Assembly (NCBI GenBank): GCA_002633005.1
Contig: NMRA01000265.1
Location: 129,526 to 193,525, forward strand
DNA length: 64,000 bases
Direction of reading: 5' to 3'
Source: Phoronis australis
Lineage: Eukaryota; Animalia; Phoronida
Part shown: positions 28,475 through 41,956 of the stretch, piece by piece
Position numbering within the stretch: the stretch's first letter is position 1
How the letters are laid out: the number at the start of each line of letters is the position of its first letter
Translations under genes and position numbers: made by a program
Notes under the pieces: generated by a model
The model's input: the letters and a program-made list of their open reading frames with translations, nothing else
Database searches by the model: none
What the model was told of the DNA's origin: nothing

Positions 28475-31400
28475 TTTGATCTGGTGGTTTGAATAACCTA
28501 AATTTATTATTCGGATTCCTTTTCTCTATCATATATATGTAAGCTGTACTCATGCATTCATGACAAATATTCCTAGGTATACAGAGGCTACTGCAAAGTC
28601 ACATGAAACATGCTTTGTAACAGCCTGGGGAATTACTCTTAAATGTTTGCACAAAGTGGCTAAGAAAACAGTCCAATTTAAGTGAAACCAACCAGCAGAA
28701 ATTCTTCTATCAAAAGTACTCCAGGCTTATATGGCCTGTCAAGCTGTTATAAGCACAGCACAGGACATGGTGAAGTATGTCTGTCTTGAAGGAGCAAGCA
28801 CACAGCAAGATACTACAGTCTCTGTAAATTCAAAATGTTCTGCTTATCTAACTTTGGAACCTTGAAGGATTAATAAACCTGCTTGGTTCAGGAATGTGAA
28901 AGGAATGGCCAGCCACAAGTGCAAGTGACCCTCGGTGATGTTCTCTGAGCAACTGCCCACCTGCCTGTTTCACGATTCAAAACTGGCTCAGTCTCAGCAG
29001 GTCGGAACACATGGTTGAGTCAGGTGAAAACTCGAATATAAACACAAACGGAAAACAAATTCCATCCAGCAGCGTACCATTAAAAAGAAGCTGTCCTCAT
29101 TATGATATGGTTGGGTTGCACAACTCTAAAGTACAAGTTAGTAATGATGATAGGGTGTGTTGAAAGAACCAGAGCCAGGAATAGCCTGCAAAATGCTTCC
29201 TGCTGGTGACTGACACTTATGCAGTAGCCAACTGGTCAGTTTATCTCCAACTTTATCAGACAAGCTTGTCCACTGCCTTGACAACACAAACTTCTAACTG
29301 GCTTTCTATTACCTGCCTGCTGGGAAATTGGTGAATTCTTTTCACTCTTGTAATCTTCTTGCTTGCTATGGTGTCAGCAATAACACAAAGCCAATTGCAT
29401 CACACACCTGCCGCGTGCACCAGATATGTTGAGGAGCAGTTTAGTGCTGCTTAGTTGTAATTAAAACTTGTTGGAAACTACTTACAGCCTGGTGTATTTC
29501 TAGCAAATAGCCACCAATCCGCAGTAATTCACACTACTTAAACAGTGCAAGAGCAATTTATCACTCGACTGCTGACTGTTAAGACTTCCAAGCCAGTTAT
29601 TTCCAATAGGGTTACTTCAGCTTATCAACTAGCCTTATCAAGTTGACTGATTTTTCTTGAAGTCGCATTAAACTCTCGTTAATTATCTACGCCTCGGATT
29701 TTAGTGCCCACTTATAATTAAAAACAAAGTCACCACATCGTCTTCGCAACATCCCAAATGCACAACTTCCAGAAATGCTTGATAATCCCACTATGAAATG
29801 GACACAGTCTGAAATGCAAACTTTAACACAATCCATGTGGTGAGCTGAAATTCGATTTGGTTCAGCTTTTTCACTCAACCTGTCTCCACCCTGGTGAAAT
29901 AATGTTCATTAAATCTAGCACTGAGCAATATACCACTAAAACCGTTTTTTCTTAGGGATTCACAGGCAAATGGCTCTCCAAACCAATCTTCACTGCACCA
30001 TTAGATGTGAAAGACTCGGCAAGCTTGATCCAACAGTTTGACAATGACTGTCTCATCAGATATTAAGTTAGATGTAGATAATAAACAACACAGCACAGTC
30101 TCAATTACATGCATCACAGACAGTGTTGATACACTGGTAACACACAGGCATAATAGGCAGCCACCTTCAGGCAGAAGTTCTGCTCAAATAAGCTTGTCTG
30201 AAGAACTATGATTATCACTTTCATTCAGAGTACCCTGCATGACAGGGGTTCGCCATCATCTGCCACCCACACACTGGTGATCTATCAGAGTCAAGAATAT
30301 CTCAGTGAAATGTGAGACTAGAAGTTTTTGATACAGAGAAAAAAATCCAGTGATGGTTTGTTTAGACAAGGTCTTCATACTGTGAAATTGACACAATGTG
30401 CGGAGCTCTGCATTAGGGGATTTTTTTATGAAAGTTCTTGTGTTGCCGAGAGCACGAGGTATTTAAAAATGACATATGCTTTAATGGGTACATAGTAAAG
30501 ATAATATCAAAATGCTGTAGAGGTATCAGTATCTACATCAGCATTTACATATTTTTACCCGTACATCTCATACAGGGCAAAAGAGATTGGGTAAAGTTGC
30601 CCCACTTCAGACAAATCCAAGTAGACTGTGACTGCTCAGTGATCATTATGAGTAAGGGGTGCCAATTTGTTGCCCTTTTCTTTGCAAACGATAGGTATTT
30701 TTACACACACCTACTACAGAATATCACACAGTACCTGATTTCTGCTCTTAAAGCCATGGGTTCATTCATATATTAAAACTTAACTTTGATGATTCTGTGG
30801 TCTAAGGTTATGTTGGACCATATTGACAAGACTGTATCGAGCCAAATACCTTGAAAGCTATAGATTTTAACTCATAAAAATAGTTTTCTGAAAGTAGAAA
30901 GCCTGTACAAATTTATTTATTTCTTGACATTTTACCAATCTAACATTATTTGTGTCCTCATGGTCATGTTTTTTACTAAAATTTAACAAAAAAGATTAGG
31001 TACATTGATAGCAAAACAACAGACATGATAAAATTTTGTTTGATATAAACCTACAAGGTGAATTACCATAAGGCTCTCACAGTTTCATAAAAATATCTTC
31101 GTTTTGCCTTCATACATGAAAATCATTAAAGTTCCAGTTTTGTTAGCCTCTCCTGTAAAATTGGACTATTTTAAAACCAATAGCTAAACCGTTTTGGAGA
31201 ACAGTGAATTGAGCATAGTATGTGAATGTTTCGTATGAATCACGTCAGGAGCTTCTGAGACATGATGTTCCAGAGTTAGCCATTTTTCAAGGCTCCTAAA
31301 TAACGTTAAAAAGGTGCCCTTAGTATTATCCAATTGCATATCAAGGTCTAATTATATCCGACTTAAAACTAGACATAATAATAGCAATACCACAACAATA

Positions 31401-32728
31401 ACAATTAAAGCTTTTTAGCGTAGATCACAAAGACAGACTTTCAGTGACAGCTGGCACAAAAGATTACTGCTACTATATTTCTGTTCAAGCTAACACAGAC
31501 TTTACTTTGGACCATGCAATTCCCAAATAGTTGACAGCTATAAACCAGGAATTGAGGACAAAGGACACTGCATTTGCTTGGACTGAAATAGCTAAATAAT
31601 GATATTGGAATTTGGCTATGCAATAACATCATTGTGAGACATCTGGTCTGGGATGACAGGTAGGGAGGTATGCAGACTCACAACCACCTGGTGAAAGATG
31701 TATGCATCAGTTCCATAAATGGAAGAATGTCCATAGGAAAGTGGGAAATTTAGATTCAGACTCAAAAAGGGATGCTTGGCAATGAATGGGCAATGAATCA
31801 GAAGAGACTGGCTACCAAGTCAAAGACAGACTATATAAAGAAATTCTATAATTCACAAAAATGTCCAAAGATATAAGGAACAGAAATTAATTAAGCCAAA
31901 ATCTCACAAATTTAGGATGCATTGTCATAGTCTTATCTGGACACAGTTGCCCAACTTTCAACATCCTACGATCAAACTGCATCATCAAACGAGTAAGATC
32001 TATGATTGTTAAAAATCGTCCATGAAATTTACTGGGGTTCTAATTTTCAACCTTCATGACATCATTAATTTCTCATAATTGGCAAAACATTTGTGAATCA
32101 GACATTTTAATCAAACTCTATAGTCCCATAGACATCACACACAAAACAAGGTACGTTTTAATTAAATATGCATGTTGCATTACTAGATTTTCTTCAAAAT
32201 ATTGTTTAATAAGAACAGAATCATTACACAATTCTAAAAAGGCATGTGTACTATCAAACTTGACCGTGGCCATCTGGGAAGCCCTTGAAAATAAAAAATG
32301 CAACTTTGTCAATTACCTTTGTCCGAAATTAGCGTGATATTACAATAATCCCAATGGAGCATTGATTCATGCGCCTTGTCACCAATTCTGGACAAAATAG
32401 TGAAATTTTACCTCTTTATTTCCATTAATCATACTAAATTAATGCTTAACCACAAGTTCTGTACTATAACTATCATAAACCAATATTTTCATCATCTGTG
32501 GGTATTCAAAATAATGTTGAAATTTGAAAAAAGAGCAATTTTGAGGACTCTTTTTGTCTGAAATTCCAGAGATTTTACCCTTAACATTCACATGTACTAA
32601 AATAGCCTCCGAGAGCAAATATGAAAAGAAGAACCCAAGCCTTTATTCGAAGCATAAGAGTATGATCATATATTTACTGTTTCAAGTACAGCAAAGGAAT
32701 TCACAATTCAAAACATGTACAATGCTCC

Positions 32729-32879
32729 CAGGGGCCCATTTCACTAAAATATCGAAACTTTTTAAACGTCAGATTTTTTTATTTTAACAAGGAGACCTAT
32801 GGCTAACCCTAGGTTTTTGGCAAAAGTTTTCATTTAGGTTCCGCTTAAGTTAGGGCATTTTAGCAAAACAGGACCTAGA
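32729..32879. mobile_element. Short MITE (GGGCCCATTTCA-type TIR)
   Basis: caggggcccatttcactaaaat ... attttagcaaaacaggacctag imperfect inverted ends. Confidence 0.45.
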
Positions 32880-33927
32880 TGTTGTCCCAGTTTCCTGACT
32901 GCAGTAGACCGATAAATGACATATTCATGGCCTGCTACTTGGGGATATGTTCATCCACCCATCTCAAGCTATTGACATTCAATCATTCATAGGACTTGAG
33001 GTGGCACCCAGGCATAGTAAAGTGAAGGCATTCGTCTAATTAATGTGCACTTGACAACGTTACCTTAAAATTAATGCAACAGATAGCATTAAAAAATACT
33101 CGTCAAATGTTGTAACCCAGTTATTTTTAGATGTTAAACCTATAGTGTTGAACATTATAGATGCAGATCTGTTCTAGAATAAATATTTTTCCTTTACCCC
33201 AAGTTAACTTTGCAGTTAAATAGTTAGGATGCAATGTGAACCAAATCTTTGCTCCATGACAAAGCTTATTCATGACTATTTTTGAAAAATAAAAGTGTAA
33301 GATTTGTTTGTTCAGAGTTAAAGTTGCCAGTTGTTTCATTAATTTGAAGTTCTATATGATGACTGGACAGGATCTGCCAGTGAAATCAATACTCCTGTCT
33401 TGTTTTGTTACACACTGTCAAAATCGGAGATTTATACCAGAACTTTAAGACTGACGGCTTCCAGTTAGTTTAGACTGGGTACGACACCCGATTGATAACT
33501 AACTTTAATAAACATGCCATCAAAATATTTTAATACTCTTGAATACAGTAAATCAACAACAAACAGAAGTGTAAAAAATATTAAGATTTGTGCTTGTCAA
33601 CTGGTGCGTATTTAGCTTCATTTCTAAAATAAGAATGTAAGATTTGTAGAAATTAGACATTAAGTGCTGTAAGCTTTTTTATCTCCAGGACAAAGGAGAG
33701 TTCTATCACCCTGTAATCCGGAACGGCCCTATTTATGTGCTCAGCATGGTCTCAAGCAGTAGCTGTCAATTTTTCTAAGCACCGAAACCATTTCACATAT
33801 CAGTTACTGTACAAGTTACAAGTTGTGATCAGAAAGTAGCGCAAGGAAGTCTAAATGGAAATTAGCTCCTTTGGTTGAATCCAAGTTTATTTTGGCTTAA
33901 AGTAAAAGCACATAAAAGCAGCACATT

Positions 33928-34075
33928 TGTTTTCATTTGAATAATTTATTTCCACAGTGTACATACCCATTTCCCCCGACGTAGACAATTTCGATTTTAG
34001 GCAGTATTCTTTATATCTTATATTTTTGAAATGAATAAATATAAAATATCAACTTGAAAGTACTTCAAACTCTAC
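33928..34075 (+). repeat. Dispersed repeat; second copy ~35378-35520
   Basis: Shared TGTTTTCATTTGAATAATT.ATTTCCACA.TGTA..TACCCATTTCCC...AGGCAG. Confidence 0.7.
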
Positions 34076-34499
34076 CAACTAATGGTGGCAAAGAAACAGT
34101 TTTAATGCAATAAAAACACATGAACCTTTGAACCCATTTTCGAAACATCTCACATAAAACTGCAAGATTTGTTTGTTGCAGATGTCTTTCATTACTGAAG
34201 TTCCACATGACTTAGGGATAGGAACAGTCATTATAATGATAAACCGCTGAGTGACAATAAAATCTAATAAAAATTGTCAACACATCAAAATATTTGTACT
34301 TTTGAACATGAGAACATAAATCAAAAACAAATAGAAGTGAAAAGAAAGTAACAAAGGTTCTTGCTTGCCTAGTAATCACTCAGTTCCCTAATTTGCTTTC
34401 ATTGAAGCTGGACTTGTACAGACTGTTGTCATCAGTTGATAGTGATAAGTGGTCTAAGGTTGAATTCCTTTGACAGACCTCTAGTTTGCAGCTTTGACG

Positions 34500-34860
34500 C
34501 TTTTACACTTGGGAGTTTAAATCGGATTAAACCCTGTTTGTGGCTCAAGTGAGTTTGTCGAGCATATGTAAACGCTACCAGAGGGTGTGTAATCGGTTCA
34601 ACCCACAGCCGGTTGAGGCGGTGATTACGAGCTGGTGGTTTTCAGCCGATACGCGTACCTCACAAGTGAGAACGGACATTCCAATCGTTTCCATTCAAAT
34701 TGAGGAAGTTACATCTACTTGTACATGTGCGTTTATTGGTTCCTGTGTCGATTTTCGTCTACAATTTTCCGAGCCAATAATACACATTTGACATTCTGCA
34801 ACAACATGATGTGGCAAAACAAAACGGGCAATTGGCATTGTGGGACTTTCGGAAAAACAA
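34500..34860. promoter_or_regulatory. Candidate internal promoter
   Basis: Local CpG enrichment; CCAAT/ATTGG at 34681, 34735, 34774 and 34831; ETS-like GGAAGT ~34704; ZNF143/Staf-like TCCCACAATGC on the minus strand ~34835-34845. Confidence 0.45.
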
Positions 34861-34920
34861 AAACTTAAAAATTATACACGAAAGCCTTTGAAACAATCCA
34901 AATACCCACCATTTTATAAA

Positions 34921-34992
34921 GGAGGCAGTGTGGCCTAGAAGGATAAGTGTCCGCTTCTTTCCTCAAGGTTGTGGGTTCGAGTCCCACTGGAG
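34921..34992 (+). mobile_element. tRNA-derived SINE head
   Basis: A-box-like TGGCCTAGAAGG and B box GGTTCGAGTCC in a GTGGG...CCCAC T-stem. Confidence 0.65.
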
Positions 34993-36830
34993 AACATTGC
35001 TAGACCCAGTGTTTGGATCCACAGCTCTGGTTTAACTATGCGTTAATAAAGCATAAAAATGGTTCCAGGTGATCAGTGCAACGGGCCCACACGAGTAAAT
35101 CGTGTGCCAGACTACACTGAACCAGACCTCCTGCAAATAGTTTTATTTTTAGTATTTTTCCAGCAGATGGTGTAGCATCTAAACTGGGTGGGTGTTGGAT
35201 GTGTACATGGTAAGACAAAGTGTTTTGTAGTGAGGCAGCGGGGATGAAGCGTCAATGTAATGTAATCGCAAAGACGTAATGACTTGACCACATAGGGATA
35301 CGACGACTTGAACTAAGTCAATCAGGGGCTATTAATAGTGAAGTGGGGTATAATAGCATTCAGGAGCAACATATTAATTGTTTTCATTTGAATAATTCAT
35401 TTCCACAATGTATACCCATTTCCCACAAGACGGTAGGCCTAGGCAGCAATGTTTCGTATTGTTATATCTTGTTTTCATAAACTGAATAAATAAAATTATG
35501 AGTAAATTTTGAAATCTCTGGCTTCCCTTAATCCACATATGCATTACACAGCAAATATTTCCCAATCACAGCTGTTCTTCATAGAGGCACTGCCCAACCA
35601 TCATACCTAAGTGCTAATGATGTCTCACTAGCCTAGAAATAAATTAGGGACAATTAGGGATAATTGTGGTGTTTATTTGAAAAATAGGCACACCTTGGTT
35701 CTACCATAAGAACAGACTGTGGCTTTGCAAAACAAGCAGTCATTACATACACCTAACAAAGCATCACTTCCACAACACCCTTGGTCAAATAAACAACTGG
35801 AGATTAGGTAACCCCTGTAATACACACTTGGAACACCTGCAGCGGAGGGTACTGACTATGATTTGACATGAAGGCAACAATGCTAAGGGAACTGACCATG
35901 TCAAGAAAAAATAATTCACTTTTGAAAGACAAACTGGTGTATAACTTATGACGAGCCTAAACGGTATCTACATTACCAATTGTTATCTACATAAACAGAG
36001 ATCCATTCAAAAACAATGTTGTATTGTTATTGTATTGTTCTGTGTGTAAATAATTTCATCCTCGTGTTCAAAGGTCTATCAAACTGAGTACTTATATCAC
36101 AGGATAGCTCACGGCATTCTATGACTGTTTTATTCAAAGGGTATTTTTGCAATAACAGAAAAACAGCACTTCAGAACAAAACCCCACCTCACTACATTTA
36201 ATGAGCAAAAGAATTCAACACGGGAGTATCGCTTGATCCACTAACACAATTTACTGACATTAGACAAGGAAAGTGAATTCAGTACAGAATTAAAATTCTG
36301 GTGTTGTCTGTTAATTGGTCTTCAATTACTGACGATAGAAGCAGGCTGTCCTGAACATTTGGAAGCAGACTGACAGAGACACCTATTGCAAAAACTAACA
36401 AGTTATGTCAGTCTGTTGCAAAGCTCAATAGAATAATTGCAATGAATGTAACTGTATGCATGAGACTCAGTAGTATTTTGAGAACCATAGCATTATCTTT
36501 TCATCCTAGAAGCTGGCATATTCCACATTTAATCTCTGATTCCAATGCACATGATTTGTGTTTCAATCCATTGACAATTGACACATTATATATAGTCCAA
36601 CCATATAGCAGAAAGTACAAGCAATGAAATTGGTCAATCCTTCAAATGAAAATTTGAACAAATCTGGATGATGATTATTTTCAAATCGATTTTAAGTCAT
36701 GACAAGCCCTGTTAAAGACCACAGAGGCAAGGCATTACCAACACTTTAAAAACAGTCTACTCCTGACATCTATTGGTCAATGAGAACAACACACCAAGGA
36801 CTGAACAAATATTTTTCTCTTTTTCCTTAC

Positions 36831-36884
36831 CTTATTCAGCACACTCTGCAGTGAAAAGCGCCTGGGACCAAAATGTCGTCTCAT
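36831..36884 (-). CDS. Candidate alternative first coding exon MRRHFGPRRFSLQSVLNK
   Basis: aaaaATG start; strong donor AAG|GTAAGG in phase 0, the same phase as the end of exon F. Confidence 0.55.
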
Positions 36885-38884
36885 TTTTATGCAACTTCTC
36901 CCTAGCTGACTCAACAGTTCACTGTCTATAACTCCTCTTAAAACACTAGTAACTTCTAATGATATCAGTCAGACATCCAGGCTTCGGCAGCCAGCCCAAA
37001 AGTAAAGTGCTTCAGCTCCAGAAATGTTACAATGATCTCTGTCTCAACATAAATGTTAGCAAGGCACCGAACATTTTTTCATTAAGGAACAGATGTTAAA
37101 TTCTTGTTGATGATAACAGAACAAATGGACAGTCCATAGAGTGGCACATATGGACAATAAATGACTACGCACTTGAATACAGTGGATCTTCTCACATAAC
37201 AATTGTTTTAATCACCATGGCATTGATCCTGACAAGCAATTGCACCACAGGAAGGGTGCATTTACAACTGACCTCTTTAATAATGCCCAATGCTATCAAA
37301 GCAACCACTCCATACACCCACGGTGGTTGATAAGACCCTAATACAAAATACTGTACATTTGGAAATAAATCTGACCAGTACATCAGCTTCCGTGAAAGAA
37401 AATGAAGGTGACAGAGAAGGTGCTCTGAGCTTTAAATATTGAAGTTGACATGGTCAAACAGCGGTCATTGTTTTATGGTCATCAGTTATGGTCACCTGGA
37501 GTGCCTGCGATGGTTCATAAAAGTGGCAAGAACTATCACAATATTTGGAGGTGGTGCCGTTTTATAACCAATAAACTTTACAGAAACTGCAAACACCTAT
37601 TCGAAATGTGGCTCAATCTTGGTGGAAAATCTATTGTAAAACCTAATGTCCCGTTCCAAAACTGTGTACTACAAAAAAGTAATAGCAAAACCACTGAACG
37701 TGAGCTTTGTGTTGGTAAAAATAAAAATTATGATCTGTCCCTGAGAACAGTTGTTTCACAACAGGGTTGGGTCAGTCAACTACACTAGTCATCTGGTCTA
37801 TAGGTCTCATGGACTGTTCCACCAACACAAATTTAACATAAACCCTGTTCTGCACCAAAGCAGTTATAACTGATTCAATATAACTCGGTCTGACAACTTT
37901 AATGGCAGTTTTACAATTTGTAACTGTAGCATGGTTATAACCTTCTGTGAGGGAAGGGGTTATAATCCTTGTGACTCGGTGTAAACATGACAGTAGCAAA
38001 TGTTATTACTCAGTAAGGTGGCGCTTCTATTAAATATTGATGGACACAATGGCGCATCGAGGCACTATCTGGGTGAATGGGAAAGCGAAAACAACGGCGA
38101 CCAGCGACTAAAACCCAGAACTAAGGTTACAACAGTTTTGATTGCTCGCTTTAACTGCTCACCTGAACAGTAACGATAATAATACTTTACAGTTACAACA
38201 AATAAGAAAGAGTTACATCCAGGTTTAGTTGGTCTGAACAGAGCTGTAGTTGGTATATAAGCTTGTATGTAGTTAACAGGATAGCCATGAAGTGGTCATA
38301 AACACGCATTTGCTCAGCTTTTGAAGCCCAATCCATATGAAGTGTTTTACAACTTGTAGTATGATAAAGTTGAACTGGTTGCATAATGTTTTTGTGTAGT
38401 CATATATTGGTCAACTGATAAACTGAAAACGCAGATTAGTGAGGTGAGTAGTAAATCCCCAATTGCCAACATTTGGCAAGTAATGCACACATTTAAGGAG
38501 GCATAGGTAGACAGTTTCCCCAATCGACAGGAGAAAATGCCTACAAGTATGAAGGAAATAATGAATGCAACCAAGTTTCAAGTTGCAGTCAGCTGCAAAA
38601 CAAAATAAATGGCCAATTGGGTTGAATTTGTCAGTTGATTTCAGCAAGTTTTGACTAAGTTGAGCAAGTTTACAGGTAGAATGTTTAAGAAGCAAGTTGT
38701 TAAACATCACATTATCAGACATCACAAACCCATACAGGAACAAGACTTAGTTGATACGATAAAATCTCACCAATTTATGACACAATGTGTCCAACTCCAG
38801 TGAAATTTCACAAATCACTTCTACCAAAAAACATACGTAGCACCAAATTAAAACAATTTTCCGTGTTCAAGTTTTGCATAATAA

Positions 38885-38978
38885 TCTGACATAACGTGTC
38901 CATGTTTTGAGACCAGCTTGATGCCTGTTATTCAGTGGAGAAAACTGGTTCTCAAAATTCGGGCACGTTATATCAGAC
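38885..38978. repeat. ~95-bp hairpin repeat copy
   Basis: Same arms and loop (TTATTCAGTGGAGAA). Confidence 0.8.
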
Positions 38979-39328
38979 CATTGCCCAAGTTTTGTACCTC
39001 TGCTTCTTTGAAACAAAAGTTTTGAAAATTGCGGGCATTCACAACGATGTAAGAGCCATTGAGAAATGAAGTAAGGGCTTTTTTGTCAGTGTTTTTGCCC
39101 GAATTTGATGAGACTTTACAGACAATAGTGTTCTGATAACACCCTTTGCACAGTAGTGTACACTTTAACACACAAGGCTTATTAATACCACAGTGAAAAT
39201 TGGGTTTTCGTCACTTTGTCTAAGGATGCAAGGATTTAGCAAGAAAAGCACTAATTAAAAATGATAGAAATTATAACAAACAGTCTGTCAGACTTAGAGA
39301 TGTGGTCACACCAGTAAAAATAACTTAC

Positions 39329-39431
39329 GGGGAGGAACAGCAAGGAGTCCAGACTGTGGCGAGTCGCACCTTGTCGTAGGTTGCAGAAATCCACAAACTC
39401 AGGATCCGAGTCGCGTTTTTGTCGCATCAAT
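39329..39431 (-). CDS. Exon F of DH domain: (L)LMRQKRDSDPEFVDFCNLRQGATRHSLDSLLFLP
   Basis: Acceptor ctaatttcag|A, donor CCC|GTAAGT; 103 nt, phase 2 to 0. Fits DH F..F.........L..LL..P, which directly precedes the conserved (V/I)QR. Confidence 0.92.
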
Positions 39432-40175
39432 CTGAAATTAGTGTTCAAAGCATTTCTTGACAATTCATGTTAATGCTACCTTGCAACTCCAGTAGGGCCA
39501 AGGGAAACTTAGAGATACCCATGAAAGGAGTTCCTACATCTACCTAGGCTAACACAAACACACAAAGTCCCATTTACGTATACTAAACATAAAAAGACAT
39601 AATGACCCTGCTTTACAATTTAAAATGTCAAAAGGCATTTATGAAACCAGTTGACCGGCATTTTTTTCCAGAAATACGATTTACCCCAAGAAAAAACAAC
39701 AGTTCTTGCACTTTTAAATTTTTATGTCAGTCACATACGTAGCATGTTTGAGTGCGTTGACTTTCAAATCCAACAACGAAAACCTGAGGCCCATTTTATC
39801 AGTCCTATTTGGTAAGTTTGTGGGAATAGCACATTAGTAAACATCACAAAGCGTTAATAATTGAGATATCATCATTCTCTTGTCATGTTTAGAATTACAG
39901 CACTTGAAAAATATTAGCTTTTCCCTCAAAAATTACAAAAAACTATTTGTAATAGGCACAGTACACTGTTTTGAGTAGACTTAGCTCAGAGGTCAACGCC
40001 TGCCTTATGTGGATGGGTTCAAAGACAGAAAAGGACAGGACATGTAGCACAGTGGGAAAAACACTGGTGCCTGGTGAACGTAATGACAATATAGTGACCT
40101 CTGGTGAAGCTGTTTGACAACAAGCATGCTCCAGTACATCACTGATAACAAATCTAATAAGAAAAAGGTACACAC

Positions 40176-40271
40176 TGAGTCAGGGTGGGGAGACCTTGGA
40201 GTGCCTGGACTCCCGCTATGTCCCGGCAAATCCAGCACATCCATGCCGTCAAGTAAGCGAGGCTGGTCTAC
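40176..40271 (-). CDS. Candidate alternative exon (VDQPRLLDG)MDVLDLPGHSGSPGTPRSPHPDS
   Basis: GC-rich 96-nt island with SP/TP-rich peptide; possible acceptor taaaag|GTA and weak donor TCA|GTGTGT (phase 0). Its phase is incompatible with the E-F junction. Confidence 0.45.
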
Positions 40272-40907
40272 CTTTTAGGTAAACCTTTGTTTTAATATGT
40301 GCCAAACTTTCTTGAGGAAAATACATTGCAGTCTGGGATAGGCAGTTAAAAGTAAATTACCAAGTTGCATTTCATGAATGAAAAACTAAGCATTGAACCA
40401 TTTTCCCAATGCTTACAGTGAATACTGCAACCTTCACGGAAGTTCTTCACCTATGCACACACGTAAAATTTCATTGCGTTTGAGACCACAGAAAATGGTG
40501 CAAAAATTTCATTTTGGTGTATTTCTCAACAAAAATGAAAAATTCTTCTTCATTATTAACAGACTATATATATTGTACCGCAGTCATAAAACAACGTCTG
40601 ACAATTTGTCAATATTTACAACAGCACCAAGCCAGCCTAAAAATTTAGACATTTGTTTATCTGCAAAATAACTGATCATAGGACAGTCTTGTCTTCAAAG
40701 AAAGGTAAATTTAACTTTACAATCTATATGCCAGTGAACTTCAATGGTGTCAATGACCAGGACGAATAATCAAATCATTACAAGTTGACAGACATGCCTA
40801 ATAAACAAGATAAACATTTCTGGGGCATTATTCATTGCCTAGTTAATAGTACCTCTCATCAAATATTCCACAACACTGTAAGTCCTGTCCATTTTAACTA
40901 CTCTTTA

Positions 40908-41435
40908 GGTGCTTTCCCATTAGAGGCAAAACTTTGCTTTCACCGAAGTTTCTCGGTAAGTGCAAAAGGTTAACTCTGTCAGTTAAACTGCAAGCAAATC
41001 TTAGGATTTAAAAGTGAAGATTTGGTACTCACCGAAACTTCAGTGTAGTGGGAACGATCAGAGCGAAGCTTCGTCGAAGTTATCGGTAAAGGTTTTAAAG
41101 GTCGCGGCAACGATGTACGATCATGCAAGACTTGCAAAACGTTCTATGTTATTGTAGCGTAGCCGACGGGCTCTCAATAGACGCACGAAAATTAATAAAA
41201 GAAAGCATATCTGATGAAGAATGACTGGTCATTTTCATAAACACTCGTAAGCAGGAGAACAATTTTCAGTTAGTGTCGAATCCACAAATCAATATTAATT
41301 TAAGATTATGAATGAACTGCGCTATCTGGTGTCTACTCTGATGATTGAACTTGCGATGTCGCTGCCCAGTCGGAAAGGTAACCAAAGTTTCAATGAAGCT
41401 TCGGTAAACTGAAGTTCCCCTAATAGGAAAGCACC
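40908..41435. mobile_element. PIF/Harbinger-like MITE
   Basis: TIRs ggtgctttcccattag ... ctaataggaaagcacc; internal ACCGAAG/CTTCGGT palindromic motifs. Confidence 0.75.
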
Positions 41436-41885
41436 ATGAGTAGTACCTCTCATCAAATATTCCACAACACTACGCCTTAAATGTTGTTCATTTTAACTGC
41501 TCTTTAGCAGTGGATTTGCAATCACAGGGTTTATGAGACCTTATTTTTAGTTTGGCAATTACACAGATGGATACAGTGTAACTTTCACACACTTGGGACC
41601 CTTAAAAAGGGGTTCCTGGTGTCAGATTTTTGAAACACTGATATTTTTCATCATCCCAGACAACACCTTTAGGAAAAAATATTTTTTGATAACTGCATTG
41701 CATCAAAATTAACAAAAGGGCAACCAGCCTTACACAGGACAGGTGAGAACTATAACAAAAACCCCCACGACAACCTTTAACATTTGGAAAGCACTCAGTT
41801 TTCTTAAAATGGCACCATTTGTTATCTACCACGGGACCTGATAAAAACGACTCTTTGAAGTCAAACAGAAAATCACAAGACAAAC

Positions 41886-41938
41886 CTTCTGAAGTCCTCT
41901 TGCAGAGCCCTCAGCTTAGCTGTCAGACTCCCTTCCAT
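41886..41938 (-). CDS. Candidate alternative first coding exon MEGSLTAKLRALQEDFR(R)
   Basis: Good Kozak context gcggcaATGG; donor AAG|GTTTGT in phase 2, in frame with exon F; a (CA)n tract lies just upstream. Confidence 0.5.
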
Positions 41939-41956
41939 TGCCGCCTAAGGATGTAG

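Noticed and set aside
27975-28496. 173-aa plus-strand ORF
   Set aside because: Antisense shadow of the minus-strand exon; starts at TTG and has no splice support.
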